A stretch of DNA of 47,773 nt from Acanthaster planci (taxonomy: Eukaryota). Numbering within the stretch: the first letter of the stretch is position 1; the number at the start of each line of letters is the position of its first letter. The notes beneath the pieces were generated by a model that was given only the letters and a program-made list of their open reading frames with translations, searched no databases and was not told the origin of the DNA. Below, one piece after another: positions 13,801 through 25,594 of this stretch. The translations under genes and the position numbers were made by a program. Location: assembly GCF_001949145.1 (NCBI RefSeq), contig NW_019091357.1:2400114-2447886 (forward strand). Direction: 5' to 3'.

Positions 13801-16800
13801 TACACAAATACATCCAGTAATCTGGAGAACAAAATTGAAATCAACCATTGTTTGCAACTCCTGTATACGTTGTACTGAAATATTCGGAAATGTTTATCAC
13901 GGCTACAGATGAATTTGTTCCTAAACAAACTTGCACACAATACGTTCTATTTCTCAATATAAATTATCTTAGTCGTGAACAGATAGTACCGATGTCAGCA
14001 TTATCTCCGAATTCGCATCCAGCCGGCATAGGCTTATGCATGTATCCCCCGTCTACGACATTTCTCGTATCTATGTACAACAGTACCAATAAACGGAGAG
14101 CCCTGAGGGAGTACCAGCCTTGGGCAGAAGCACCCCCTCATAGGTTGAACGGAGCCAGGTTGGTCGGGAGGGTTCATTTTGCTGGTAGCGATGTGACTGT
14201 AACGCACGTATTTCGAAGTCGTTCACGAACCAGCGAAGTGCAGTTCTGACCAACGAAGCCCTGAATTGTTAGGAAAATTGCGCCCTCTCTTGGTCCAGCT
14301 CGGGACGCATAGTGAGATCATACCCGCCAAATAAACCCTCCAGCACGAGGAATAGCAACCCCCCCCGACCCTCCTAAGGGTTCAACCGTTCCATTGTCGC
14401 GGCCGTAGGCCTACCGTTTACACGCTTTCGTCCTGTTTAACGGGAAGATCCATTTCCGAAAATCGAAACAAATTTATTTTTCAAGGAAGTCACAGGACCA
14501 GCTATTTCGTTTTTGACAAACAAATTCGGCATTGGATATACAACGCGGAATCAAAAATTGAGGATTTGAATAATTCCTGCATTTTTGTGGATTAGGCACG
14601 CCATCGATTTGAGGCAGGAAGCGCGCATGAAAATGCATATTCCTTTCCGTATTACCGGCTTTTTCAGACAAAAAAAGGAAAAAATGAAGCTGTGTACAAA
14701 ATAGCACGTTACCCACATTTAACCCTTCTTTTTTTTTTAAATCAGTGCTGCTTTAAGGAGACAGTGATTTTCGGGGATTAGGCAAATTCTTGAATCCAAG
14801 TACAATTTCGCGTCCCAATCAACCCTTAGGCTAGCGAGGAACGCATTGAAATGGGGGTCTCTCGACTACAAACCTTCAAATGTACAGAGGTGACTGGGTA
14901 GAAAAAGCGATCGGCACACTGACACAGTTTCCACATTGCCGGTCTTGTGCCCGTAAACACCGGGAAACGAGCTGCGTCAAATACCCATGAGATCCCACCC
15001 GACCATTCCACCAAAAGAAAAAAAAAATCTCACGCGGAAGAAAAAACCTCGACAGGGAATTATTTATAGTCAGGTTCTAGACCAGTCAAAAAAGTGAGCA
15101 TGATAAAATGCAGTAATTAGTTATACCCGTAGGCATACCATCCACAACACATCCTTCTCTGCCAGAAAAACATCCCCCGTGAGCCCCAATATCTAGGCCT
15201 CCCCCGTTTTGCCGGAGAAAATTAAAGAGAGCACTGCCCGGTGAAACTTCTATCAGTTTGCCCCACAACCGCGGCTCTCAGCGGGGCCCGGGCTTCATTG
15301 GCCCCCGGGGTACCCCGCCAGCGACCCGCGGACGTGTTAGCGGGCGCGCTCGGCGAGTTCGCGACCTGCTTCATCGCTCACTCGTAAAGCTTGTCCCCGC
15401 TGATGCGCGTATGCGCCTTGATTAATATTAGATGGGCCAGGATTGAACGCTTGAACGATGCGTCTTGAAGGGGGACGCAGAGAGCAACCAGCACTTGGGG
15501 ACTGGACGGGTTTAGAGGTTGGTTTCACGCGGCTCTCGCCGACTAGTTAAAGCCGCTAGTTGTTGCTGATGCAGCTCTGGCTTCTCTATTCCTGTTGCTG
15601 CTTTTCTGGGTGTTATTCTTGCTGAGAATCAGGAGACGAAGGTTTCGGTTAACCACGCGAGGAAATCAACAGTGAGTGTATGTGTAGGCCTATATGTGAT
15701 GTGGATGCGGCGGGGCTATAGACCTTCTTCACGTGGAAGATCTTATTTCCCGAATCTTTTGCAAAGTGTCGATTAGGATGGCACCAGACTGTTCATGACT
15801 ACCGTGCCTTCCAAGCCTCCCTTTCAATATTTTCTAAATCTGGCTTAGAACACTTGAGGCTAAAAAAGTCTCTGATTTCTGGTCGGGGGTTGGCTCCAAA
15901 AGTGGTGCAGCGACGCGATTTTTTACCCTTCCCCCCTTACAATGATACGTATTAATGCGCGATGTCCCGTAGATACTGCCGCTGTCAACACTGTAACAGA
16001 TTGGATCCCTCGCTATTTGCTGTTCAAAAGGAGTGTGAGCTTGTTGAAGTATACAGGACATAAGACCACCTGATTTGTCTGGTTCCCAGATGTAAATATA
16101 TATTACAGAAATGTCATCTGGAATAAATGCCTGACTAAATGTAGGCTATGTACATGTAATTCAACCGTACCCCATGTAAAACACGTTAAAATTTCACAGT
16201 AGCAGGATTCCAGTCGATGAAGGAAGTTTGGCAGCTGTTGAACATCGTATCATACCAAATAAAAAAACGTTTTTATTTTTTTTGGGGGGGGGCTAAAGTT
16301 CATATTTGTATTTTTAGTCATGAATTTGAAAATTTGAAAATATTCATCAGAGGAAAAAGGTAAACTAATTCGTCATGAAATTGCTTTTTTATTGCTACTC
16401 TTAACGTTCAAACATGAAAGGTTAACTCACTTTCAATTTCTCTTATGTCCGACTCATGAATAAAGTCTTTACGTCGGTTCGTCGAAAATCAAAGGAGCTG
16501 TGAAAAGCGAAGAGTTTACACGACACTGTAGAATTACTGAACCCAATTGGATGGTCCCTCAGTGAAGGCACTAAAACAGGACTTATGTTTTGAATAAGGT
16601 TGCAGTCGCGTTCGATCGCTAGACACAGTCTGCGAAACTGTTGGGGGTGTGACTGGTCAGGCTCGTGGTGACGCCATGTTGGAACCGGCCGCCTGTTGAA
16701 TTGGCGTTTCAAACAAGTTAGATAACTGACCAATTCGAAGGCGGTCACTTTTCCGGCAGCCGATCACGACGCGCATGAAAGCATCAGGAGAAGACCAAGA

Positions 16801-18020
16801 CTTGCATGTACTCTTCAGCCCCTTCTGTCGATGTTTCTTGCCTCCGAAATGCATCCTGTCGGTGCGACATTACGCCGTGCGAAGTATAATTGGGCGCGTA
16901 AAAAATATCTGAGAAAAGACCCCGCGGGCAGGTAAGTAGCCGAACGGGGGGGGGGAGGAAGATATTTCAAAAGGAAAAGGGAAGAAAAAAAAAACAGCCC
17001 CGGCAAAACAGAACGAAAAAGCAGAGGCAGCATCGTGTACGGTTGCGGTTGCCATGGTGATCGTGGTTTCGATGTGGCCGCCACTGAATGCGCTGTTTGC
17101 TGAATATACAATATTTTGTATCGTGGCTCTGTGGTCAGGAGAAAGAAAGCTGTGTTTGGATAGAGCGTATAGTGGAGGGCCATTGAGCGTCCAGGGAGTA
17201 GGTCTTAAGATAGCTCCGTGATAGGGAGAGAGATCTATCCCCCCACACTATAGGGGTATCATACTGTAATCAGGCATTCTTTGGATGACTGTTACTCAGT
17301 GGCAAAATGAAGATTAGCGCTCGAGTAGAGACGGCGCCTATCTTGATGGCCTGTCAAACCAAATCGCGTCCACATTCTGCCGCTTCGTGATGAAATGTTA
17401 TACCGGATTTCAAGTTATAGGTTATTGCGTTTGTACCACTGTGGCATACGGATAGCACCCCCCCCTTCCCCATCCTGCGCAAGATGTTTAATCGTTTGCA
17501 CTCAAGTCTCCCGTAGTCCTTCGCGGGCCGCCATCTTTGATGTCGGGCTCACGTCCAGGTCAGTTATTTTCTTCCGGCTACGGAATCGGCTCTTGCCGTC
17601 AGCTACACACGATGAATAATCCCTAGCCGCATGACAGCGGTATCCGTCTCTTGACAGGCTTGATTTCGAAGATTACAGATCGAACTTCGAAAAGGTGATG
17701 AAGTCAGAGAAAAATGAGGTTTTGAAGTCATTACCCAGGGACATAACCGTAACCAAGACTGAATATTTTATCCACTCAATTCATGTTGTTTGTGGTTTTT
17801 TTCTCTTTGCGTGATTCTGTGGTAGCACATTTCAAACAGAACTGGTCAGTTTTGTTCATTTTGTTTTCCGTCGATGAAACAAAAAAAGTTGGCTTCTCGA
17901 GTTCTTAAGGTTGAAAAAAAAAGCCACCGCCAATCAAAATGGGGGACATTGGAGGAAAATAATGTTGCTGGGCCCAATCTGATCATTTCTTTCTCCTCTC
18001 TCCGTTTTTCCCTCCTTCAG

Positions 18021-18162
18021 GCGAAGCAATACATTTAGCCCGTGACTACGGTTATCTCTGCGAGACCGAGTTCCCGGCCAGACAGATCTCCGAGTACATC
18101 GCCAGGCAACACAATGATCCCACTGAAGTTCCCACCAGAAGAAACATGGTCCTAGCCACAAA
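18021..18162 (+). CDS. TFAP2: Transcription factor AP-2, penultimate exon (helix-span-helix, first helix and span)
   Basis: Long pyrimidine tract, then cag|GC ... ACAAA|gtgagt (142 nt). Translation is (G)[46 protein letters not shown](K). Confidence 0.96.
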
Positions 18163-19732
18163 GTGAGTATTGCCCATGTATCGGCCCCTCCCCTAAAAGT
18201 CCCCCCCCCATCTCGTCACACCAAGAAAGGCTCCAAACCAAGTAGTACAGAAATCAACCTCATGGGGTCACGGACCACTATTACGTAGTCCTATAAATTC
18301 CCCATCAGACACCTCGGATGGAAACGAGATGATTTTATAGCGTTCAGAGGGCAAGCTTCTTCTCAAGATGGCGCCATCTAAAAATGATTGAATGATGATG
18401 GCGTATTACGACATGGCAAACGGGCGAAAAAAGCCACGGTACTTGAAGATACAAAGAATGTAAGCTTTTGCCACTAATCAGAAAATCGAACGAAGTCTAC
18501 CATTCACATGCCTTACAATGTTGCAACCTAATTTTAGTCTCAACTCTCTGAATCAGCGCTGCTCACGGCTGCGTACTTCTACAATTAGACTGTGGCAAAT
18601 ACAATTTCATGCCTTGCACCGGTCTACCTTTTTGTCCTTTAAAAAACTCTGTATAGAATTTAGGAAAGTGCAGTTGGCAAAGTCGGACAAGTGGTACATA
18701 ATGGCGAGCACACGCCGTAAACTCAATTACTTCACTCTCTTGGTGAGTCACCGGCCAGGTCTGGAATATTTGAAGTCTCGATCTTTGAAAACGATACAAA
18801 CTCGTTCCCCTGCGAAGAAAAAAAAAAAGAAAAAAAGAAGAAAAAAACGCGCACTATTAGAAAGCAATTAGTCTCCTCAAAAATGCTGTGCCATCCCATG
18901 TTTCTGCCATCGTGATCACCGACCGAGGAATGAAAGGTACACACGGTTGTAGATCGCCGGACAATACCTCCCTCTCCCTGCTAAGTGCATGTCCATTATT
19001 GGTCCGTCGTGGCACGAAGTAGACTCCAAAATCCATTCCTTTTTCCCCTCAAAAGCACCTCAAATTCGGCAAATAATTCGGGGAAAGAAAGAGACCGAAT
19101 AATTATTGTGTCACTCTCCCCCCCCCCCCCGCCTGTGTGGGGGAAAGTTCGTCCTCCAGAGAATGACCCCGGGCGTGTACTTTGGTCTTTTGTGAGGACA
19201 GGTTCATAAAAAACGACGACAGGTGATAATGAAGACGCCTCGCCCGTATCGATTGTCCGGCAATAAAAGTCGAGAAGAACTCCCCTCATCACCAGTGCAA
19301 ACCTTTTCCCGACACACTCGCTGTTCAAATAACGGACAGAATGTTTCACGCGCACACACACACAGACGTAATCTCGCGCCTGTCTAATTTTGGGTTTTGT
19401 TCTGCGCAGTTCTGCGCTACAGACAGAGCCTGACACCTCTGAATGAAGTGCCCTTTTACCGGCTTCAGAAATTTGAACTTGCCAACGTTTTTTGGCAACA
19501 TTTCCCTGCCCGAATAATTATCTGTCCTATTTTCTTCGTCTTAGAGCGTTTTGTACCGCCGACTGCGCTCCGGTTACATCCAAAGGAAATTGTCACAGTT
19601 AACGTTATCTGAGTCTACGGCACCTTAAAAACTGCGTGGACACTTATATCTGCATCCCTCATGGGAACTCATTGTGTCCTTGTCCAATGTTTGAATTTCC
19701 ACCTTTTTTTTGCTGTCTGCTTTTCTTTTCAG

Positions 19733-20060
19733 GCAAGTCTTGAAGGAGCTGCAGGACGTCTTGTGCCAGGACCGCACCCCGATCGGCAACACGAGGCCTC
19801 AGCCGATCCTGGAGCCCTCCATTCAGCGGTGCCTGACGCACTTCAGCCTCATCTCGCACGGCTTCGGCACCCCGGCCCTCTCCGCCTCCATGGCCACCCT
19901 CCAGAACGTGCTGACCGAGATGCTTAAGTACATGGACAAAGCATTCCCCAACGTCACCCCGCACTCGGCCCATTCCACGTCAGGAAGCAAGATCGATTCC
20001 AACTCCAACAAAACGAACGGCGAGAAGGCCGACGAGCCCCGCAACAAGGAGGTCGTATGA
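19733..20060 (+). CDS. TFAP2: Transcription factor AP-2, last coding exon (helix-span-helix C-terminus)
   Basis: Acceptor ttttcttttcag|G. Translation is (K)[69 protein letters not shown]...KEVV*, containing the AP-2 QDRTP and [12 protein letters not shown] motifs. TGA at 20058-20060. Confidence 0.96.
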
Positions 20061-23000
20061 GACGCCTTGTGAGAGAGACTAGCACAGCTGTATTAGTCTC
20101 CGTACAAGACGGTAGACAAACGGAGAGAGAGATTGATCAGAGTTTTAAGAGTAAACTGCGCGTTCAGCTCTGGAGTACCGACTGCGACTTGTCTGTACCA
20201 TTAAAGGGTGGACTTCAGATATTTCCAAATCTGAACTGCCAACATCCATGTTGGATCCGGAAACGGAAATGGTAAGAAATCTACACAATATCTCACGCGA
20301 CGTCACGATGTCGTGAATTCAGCTAGCGTGGCATTTGGATCTTTTTTTTTTAATCACAAATCTCCCGCCAAAACTTTAATGGCGTCACGCATCCGCAGAC
20401 GTGTCAATTGACGTCCAAGATGGATGACGTTCCCCGGGCAGATGCACCAAAGACAAACAGTGTGTATGGCTCATGCTGCAATTTCTCGTCGGAGAACTGA
20501 AAAACAAAAGGACGTGTTGCCATAATCTCTTGGAAGACTCTTCGTAAATCTAGGATCTTATTTTTCCCACCGACTAATTATAAAAGCACCTTGGAAATGA
20601 CTCCCTTGGTGAAGAGATGGCAAACAGTGCTAATATTGTGCAGTATGCTCCCTGCTGATATGCCATGTGTGTCTGCGTCTCAACCACTAAAAGTTGGACT
20701 TGTGTAGGTAGCGTACATTGCTCGACAGCCTTCAAAGTGCACATTATATCCTTGGTACATACACCGAACAAGGCAACTCCGGTCTGTAAAATCTTTCGTA
20801 ATGGTCGGAGGAGGTCGCATTATTTATGCATCGCTGGTGTACTCCGTATGGGCTGTTTATCCAATCAAAAAAAGGTACTGGATGACGCCAGTGTTGGTTC
20901 GGCCAATCGGATTATTTTCGACAGTTGTCAGGACATTTTGCTGAAACTTTAGGTATATTAGGCGTACCGAAGTACAGAGGAATTTCTAGGCTGGCAAAGA
21001 GAACCTTTATATGGTATAGTAGTTTTTATAAGCAAGAGGCTTGTTTGAAAGTGTTGTTTCCTTTGTTTTATATCCTTATAGAGTGTTTCATTTTGTATTT
21101 TAACATTGCGATTTGACAATCAAGCAGGTGGAGTTTTGTGTACGCTAAGCAAGTATTGTTGGGCGTAGTCTGAGGCTTTTGTTAAAATTTATACAAAACC
21201 TACTAAATTTCGAAAGGTGCCAAGCAGATCCACCCCTTTAGCGGTAAACGAAATGCCAAATGTATATCGAAAATATATATATAACTCGTGGAGGGAAAAA
21301 AAATGTGCTTGGTAAACTTTAGTGGAACAACGCGAAAAGAGTGGTGAGAGTGTTAAAAAAAGGCGCGCATTTTGATTCTGGAAGTAAGGTAATTGCTGGA
21401 CGCAGATTTCTTTTCCAAAAGGTGTCCCACAAAAACAAGGCTGAAAGTAAATACAGTACTGCCGTCATTGCTTTAATATTTTCTTCCTCTAATTGGACAA
21501 GAAGGCTTGAACGTAAAAGCTTAGGAACCGCTGATTTTTATTCAGCCATTTTTTTTAACGGCTGTGTTGTGCACGTGCAATGTTTCAGGTTGAAATTGGT
21601 GGTTGTAATGAGCCGAGTCTCACCTCGTCGTACTCACCACAAAACTGTTTTGAACGATTTCTTTTGCTGTCTTTCATTCGCGCCAAACAAAAAACAAAAA
21701 AACAAAAAACAAAAAAAGGGGTGAGGATCTTCGGCTTATAGTTAACTCCAGATAATTTTACCTGTTCCGAGTTCGAATTAATTTTTTTTTTCAAAATACG
21801 CTGGCGCCCTGTCGGTCAAATTTAAGATTTGGAAATTTACGCTGGTTACCGGTTCTTTTCAGTAAGTTACATTCACCAGGTCTTTTTTATTTCTGTGGGA
21901 ATGACATATAGCCATCACAACTTTGGAAACTCTTCACTAAGGTCTGGACTTCAGCTGATGCTGATACGAAACGCCTCTACCAGACTCGTCCCCCGTCTTC
22001 TCGTTCGTGTTAAGTGTTGCCGTGTCGTAGATTAGTATCCTTTCCTTGCAACCAATGGGTTTTAAGGATGTCAATGACGTGCGGCAGACGTATGCCACGT
22101 CACTGCATACGTCAGTGATTTGCATAATACCCAGGTTTGGTTGATTGTGACTAGAGATGAACGGAGCTTTTCTGTGGCGGCTTCTGATGAACTTAAAGGC
22201 ATTACCTTAAGAGTTTAACCAATTAATTGACATGAAAGTGGCACGTATCCTCTTGGTACCATACCTTGTTTCGATAACGGCAATGACCTACCTTGCTTAA
22301 ATCTCAATGGGTAAAATGTGTTCGAAAGCAACTCAGCGTTTTTACCAAAACATGGTGCAACGACTTTTTGTTTGGTTTTACGTAGGATTTTAAGTGTTTG
22401 CTTTTATAATTGCTCTTTAATTAAAGAGCTGTTATTTATCCCACCAATTAACAAAGTTTTTAAGCTGTCTTCAGGTGACTTCTCGTTTGCCAAATTGTTG
22501 CTTCCTACTTCTTGGTAAGAGCAGTAGGTTACTGTAAAGTCTTGTCATAGGCGTATTTTGTTTTTTAAATCATTTGTGCAACTGATAGGTTTCCAGGGAC
22601 CATTGCCGCCAAATGAAGTCGCTAGGGGGCGCTCTGGCTATTAAACAAATTCAATGAGGTGTCATGGCGGATTTCGTTTTTTTTTCGTTAGCCGTGTGTA
22701 ACTAGAGACACTGTTATCATCCGTCTTTATCAGAGAAATTGTAGAGGTAAGGTGTTTTTTCCTCTTTGTATGAACAATATGACGATTTCTGCCGCCTTCT
22801 TTTGAGGTAAAACCTTAAAATGCCGCGCGAACTAGGCCTAAGTACTGTTTGAGAAAGGTACACCAGAAATGCGGAAGCCATTGCTACCGGTATAAAAAGA
22901 GAAATACAGAATTCATGGATTATTGTGTTGAACTGTACAGCTAAATCTAGAATAGGTTTTTCAAGCACACACAAAAGGGACTGATGTGAAGAAAGCGCTG

Positions 23001-24400
23001 CGCTTTCGAATCCATGCAATGTATGAGTAAAAGGGGAAAAACATTGCCAAAAACGAATGCTTTGGAATATAACAAAACGATCATAAAGGTTAGTTCGTTT
23101 TTCAAATCGAGAGATTTTTGTATTTTGTGTGAGTGACTGAGGTTGAGCCAGATGTATTATGAATATTGTACTGTACGTAATTATTGTCTTTAGTTGAGTC
23201 AATACTTAATTTATCCTAGACTAGCCTGTGCGGTCCATTTATAACTCACAATGTACAATCAGTAATTACTTGGCAGGAGGACTAGGCAGGCTAGTCTAAC
23301 AATCACCCACCGCCATTGTTTCGTATGTAGCAAGCGGAAAGATAACTGTATAAAAACGAAGTGTTTTTTTTCCTCGGAATTTTTCTTTCTTTCTCTATAC
23401 ATATCTCTTCGAGTGCTACTCTCAGTCTTGAATATTAGGAAGAAAAAAAAAACGATGGAACCTTTATAGCGTCATTGTTAATATGTGTATCACGTGACTT
23501 GTAGTCATTAATGCCAGAATGTTGTACATGTAGATACTTATCAAGATATCGATACTTATTAAAGATATCGATCATTAAGTGTTCGGTTATACTCGTCAAG
23601 GAATCGATTAAAAACGACAATTGGATGATAAAAAGTGCAAATATTTCGAACGGGTTTCATTCGGTTTTTAACGCTTGTTTCAAAATACCCGCAGGGGATT
23701 TGTTTCCATTATTTCTTTCACAATGTGATAATCTCAATATCGGTCTCCTTTATGATTTTTTTTTCTCCTTAAACGCACTTCCTGAAACGGATACAGGGTA
23801 TTTTTCTACTGAAACTTCTCTTCTTTGCGATATATGCTTACTGTGCGAATATTCAGAGACCATGAACTACCGTCTCTGTTATTTTCGGATCTTTTCAATC
23901 CAGTTTAGAAATGAATGTAAAACAAGGCAAACAGATCTTTTTTCACGACGGAATTTCATTTTTTGAGTGAGCAAGCAAAATGTGGAAATATAACTGCAGA
24001 CTACTTGAGCGGCTTGTACTTGTAAAATTCCACGACTTCAATTTTTACAGCACTGGAACTTATCACTTTAAGAGACAGAGAAAAGTGAACATCTGGCAAA
24101 TAACATGTAGGTAGAGCTGTGTGGAAGGGTTAATGAAACTCTAATTTAAGAATAATTTATTGACTTTAAAAATAGAATTACTGGAAATTTCAATTTTTTT
24201 CTTAGTAGGATTCTGGTGGTGAAATGCAATCAATGTACACAGAAAAATGTGGGAATTTTTTGGTTTGGGGGGATTTTTTATATGTTAACAGTAAATCTGT
24301 CCTTTATGTTTTTGATAAAATCTGGACGAGTGAAGTATAGGTTATGTGAAAACAAAAGCTCAGATGAAATATAACAATAAAAAGAACGACTTAGTATTGA
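20061..24400 (+). other. TFAP2: Probable long 3'UTR of TFAP2
   Basis: AT/U-rich non-coding stretch after the stop. The first canonical AATAAA I found is at 24376-24381; earlier ATTAAA variants exist, so the end is uncertain. Confidence 0.45.
23217..23298. repeat. 82-bp mini inverted-repeat element
   Basis: Perfect 12-bp arms TAGACTAGCCTG (23217-23228) and CAGGCTAGTCTA (23287-23298). Confidence 0.6.
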
Positions 24401-25198
24401 AGGAGTTGACATTCTGAGCTGTTTTATTCAATGTTTGTCGATCTTCTTTGGCCCATTTTTGACAGAAGAAAAATAATTTAAAACCAAAATAATAAGCTGA
24501 AAAGGTAATCATCCTGAAAACAAAGGGTTTACTTTAAGTACAGTTACTGGCAAATGCTCAAAGTTCATCATAAATACGTGAACATTAGTCATAAAAACAG
24601 CAAACAAACATTAATTTAGAGCAGTGTCTTCATTCTGCCGGCTTAAATATTACAGTGCAGAGACACTTTGCCTAGCTGGCATGCAAAATCGGTTCCCACA
24701 CAGCGGGCTCCTCGCAGGAAAAAAAAACGGAAAAATTATCCAACACAAGACGAGTCTTCAATTGTGCAGAAAGTTGCTGCTAAATACAGCCAGTTCAGTA
24801 CACCTGCAGCTTGGAGGTCGGTGCCCGATGGGTCAGTGAACTCATGTCCAGTGCTGTAGTCTGGCCCCTTGCCAGAGAGAGTGGGTGCTTGCCCCTTGTT
24901 GTAGATTGGGTGCTGGATGGACACTTCAAAATGAGGGGTTCAAAAATAGGGCCGAGGGGCGGCAGTCGTTGTAGAGAAAATATTTACGGTAAATTACCAA
25001 TAGCATGGGGATTGTGACATGTCCGCATTTGTTATAAAGTGACATATGAACTTGAGGAATATTTCTTCCAATAAACATTTACTTAACTGCCGCTACAAAT
25101 GCTGTGTTTAAACAAAGAGTGATGGGAGGGCCTAAATTTCACACGATGTACGCCTTTCTTCAAGGTTAATGAACCTTATTCACTTTTCAACCTTCCTG

Positions 25199-25594
25199 TC
25201 AGCTGACTTCTGAACTTCGCGATTGTTCTTGGACATGTGCGGTGAGCTTTGACCTTCTTCGCCTCCTCCGCCTACTGGCCTTCTGTGGCCCCTCCCCTGC
25301 CTCTCCGAGAACCTTCTGCGTTGCCTTCTTTTTCTTCTTCTTGACGGAAAGGGGGTTGGGCTCCTTGGCTCGTCGTCGTCTTGGCCTCCTCTCGTCTCTC
25401 GTCCCATCCTGGGGCCCTGTCAGTCTCTTGAGGGCATCCCACTGGTAGTCCACCGTTGCCACCCTCTGCTGGGTGAGCTTCACCGCATGGTCCTGGGAAG
25501 TCTGGGATGGTTTCTCCAGGACAATGGCATTCATATTCATGTAAAGCAGTGGTGTTCCGGGCACGCCACGTGTGCACTCCGACAGTTCCGGGTC
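25199..25594 (-). CDS. UTP23: UTP23 last coding exon with basic C-terminal tail
   Basis: tttctttctgtgcaag|DPELSECTRGVPGTPLLYMNMNAIVLEKPS...KEPNPLSVKKKKKK...RRRRRRRSK...EVS*. The ATQ-D, PGxPL and PNPLSxKKK motifs are typical of UTP23. Total protein is 252 aa. Confidence 0.93.
   Translation of the reverse strand, partial: DPELSECTRGVPGTPLLYMNMNAIVLEKPSQTSQDHAVKLTQQRVATVDYQWDALKRLTGPQDGTRDERRPRRRRAKEPNPLSVKKKKKKATQKVLGEAGEGPQKASRRRRRRRSKLTAHVQEQSRSSEVS

Noticed and set aside
2926..17545. Scattered Su(H) (e.g. TTCCCACG at 6459) and TCF (CTTTGAT/ATCAAAG) sites in TFAP2 introns
   Set aside because: Counts are close to chance for 7-mers and no paired or clustered arrangement was seen.
19659..20047. 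Antisense and alternate-frame ORFs over the TFAP2 last exon (similar ones at 25180-25649, 30692-31163 and 41044-41292)
   Set aside because: They are shadows of real GC3-rich exons and show no independent protein features.
22717..23966. 161-aa and 151-aa ORFs downstream of TFAP2
   Set aside because: AT-rich UTR-like composition, no recognisable motifs and no splice support.
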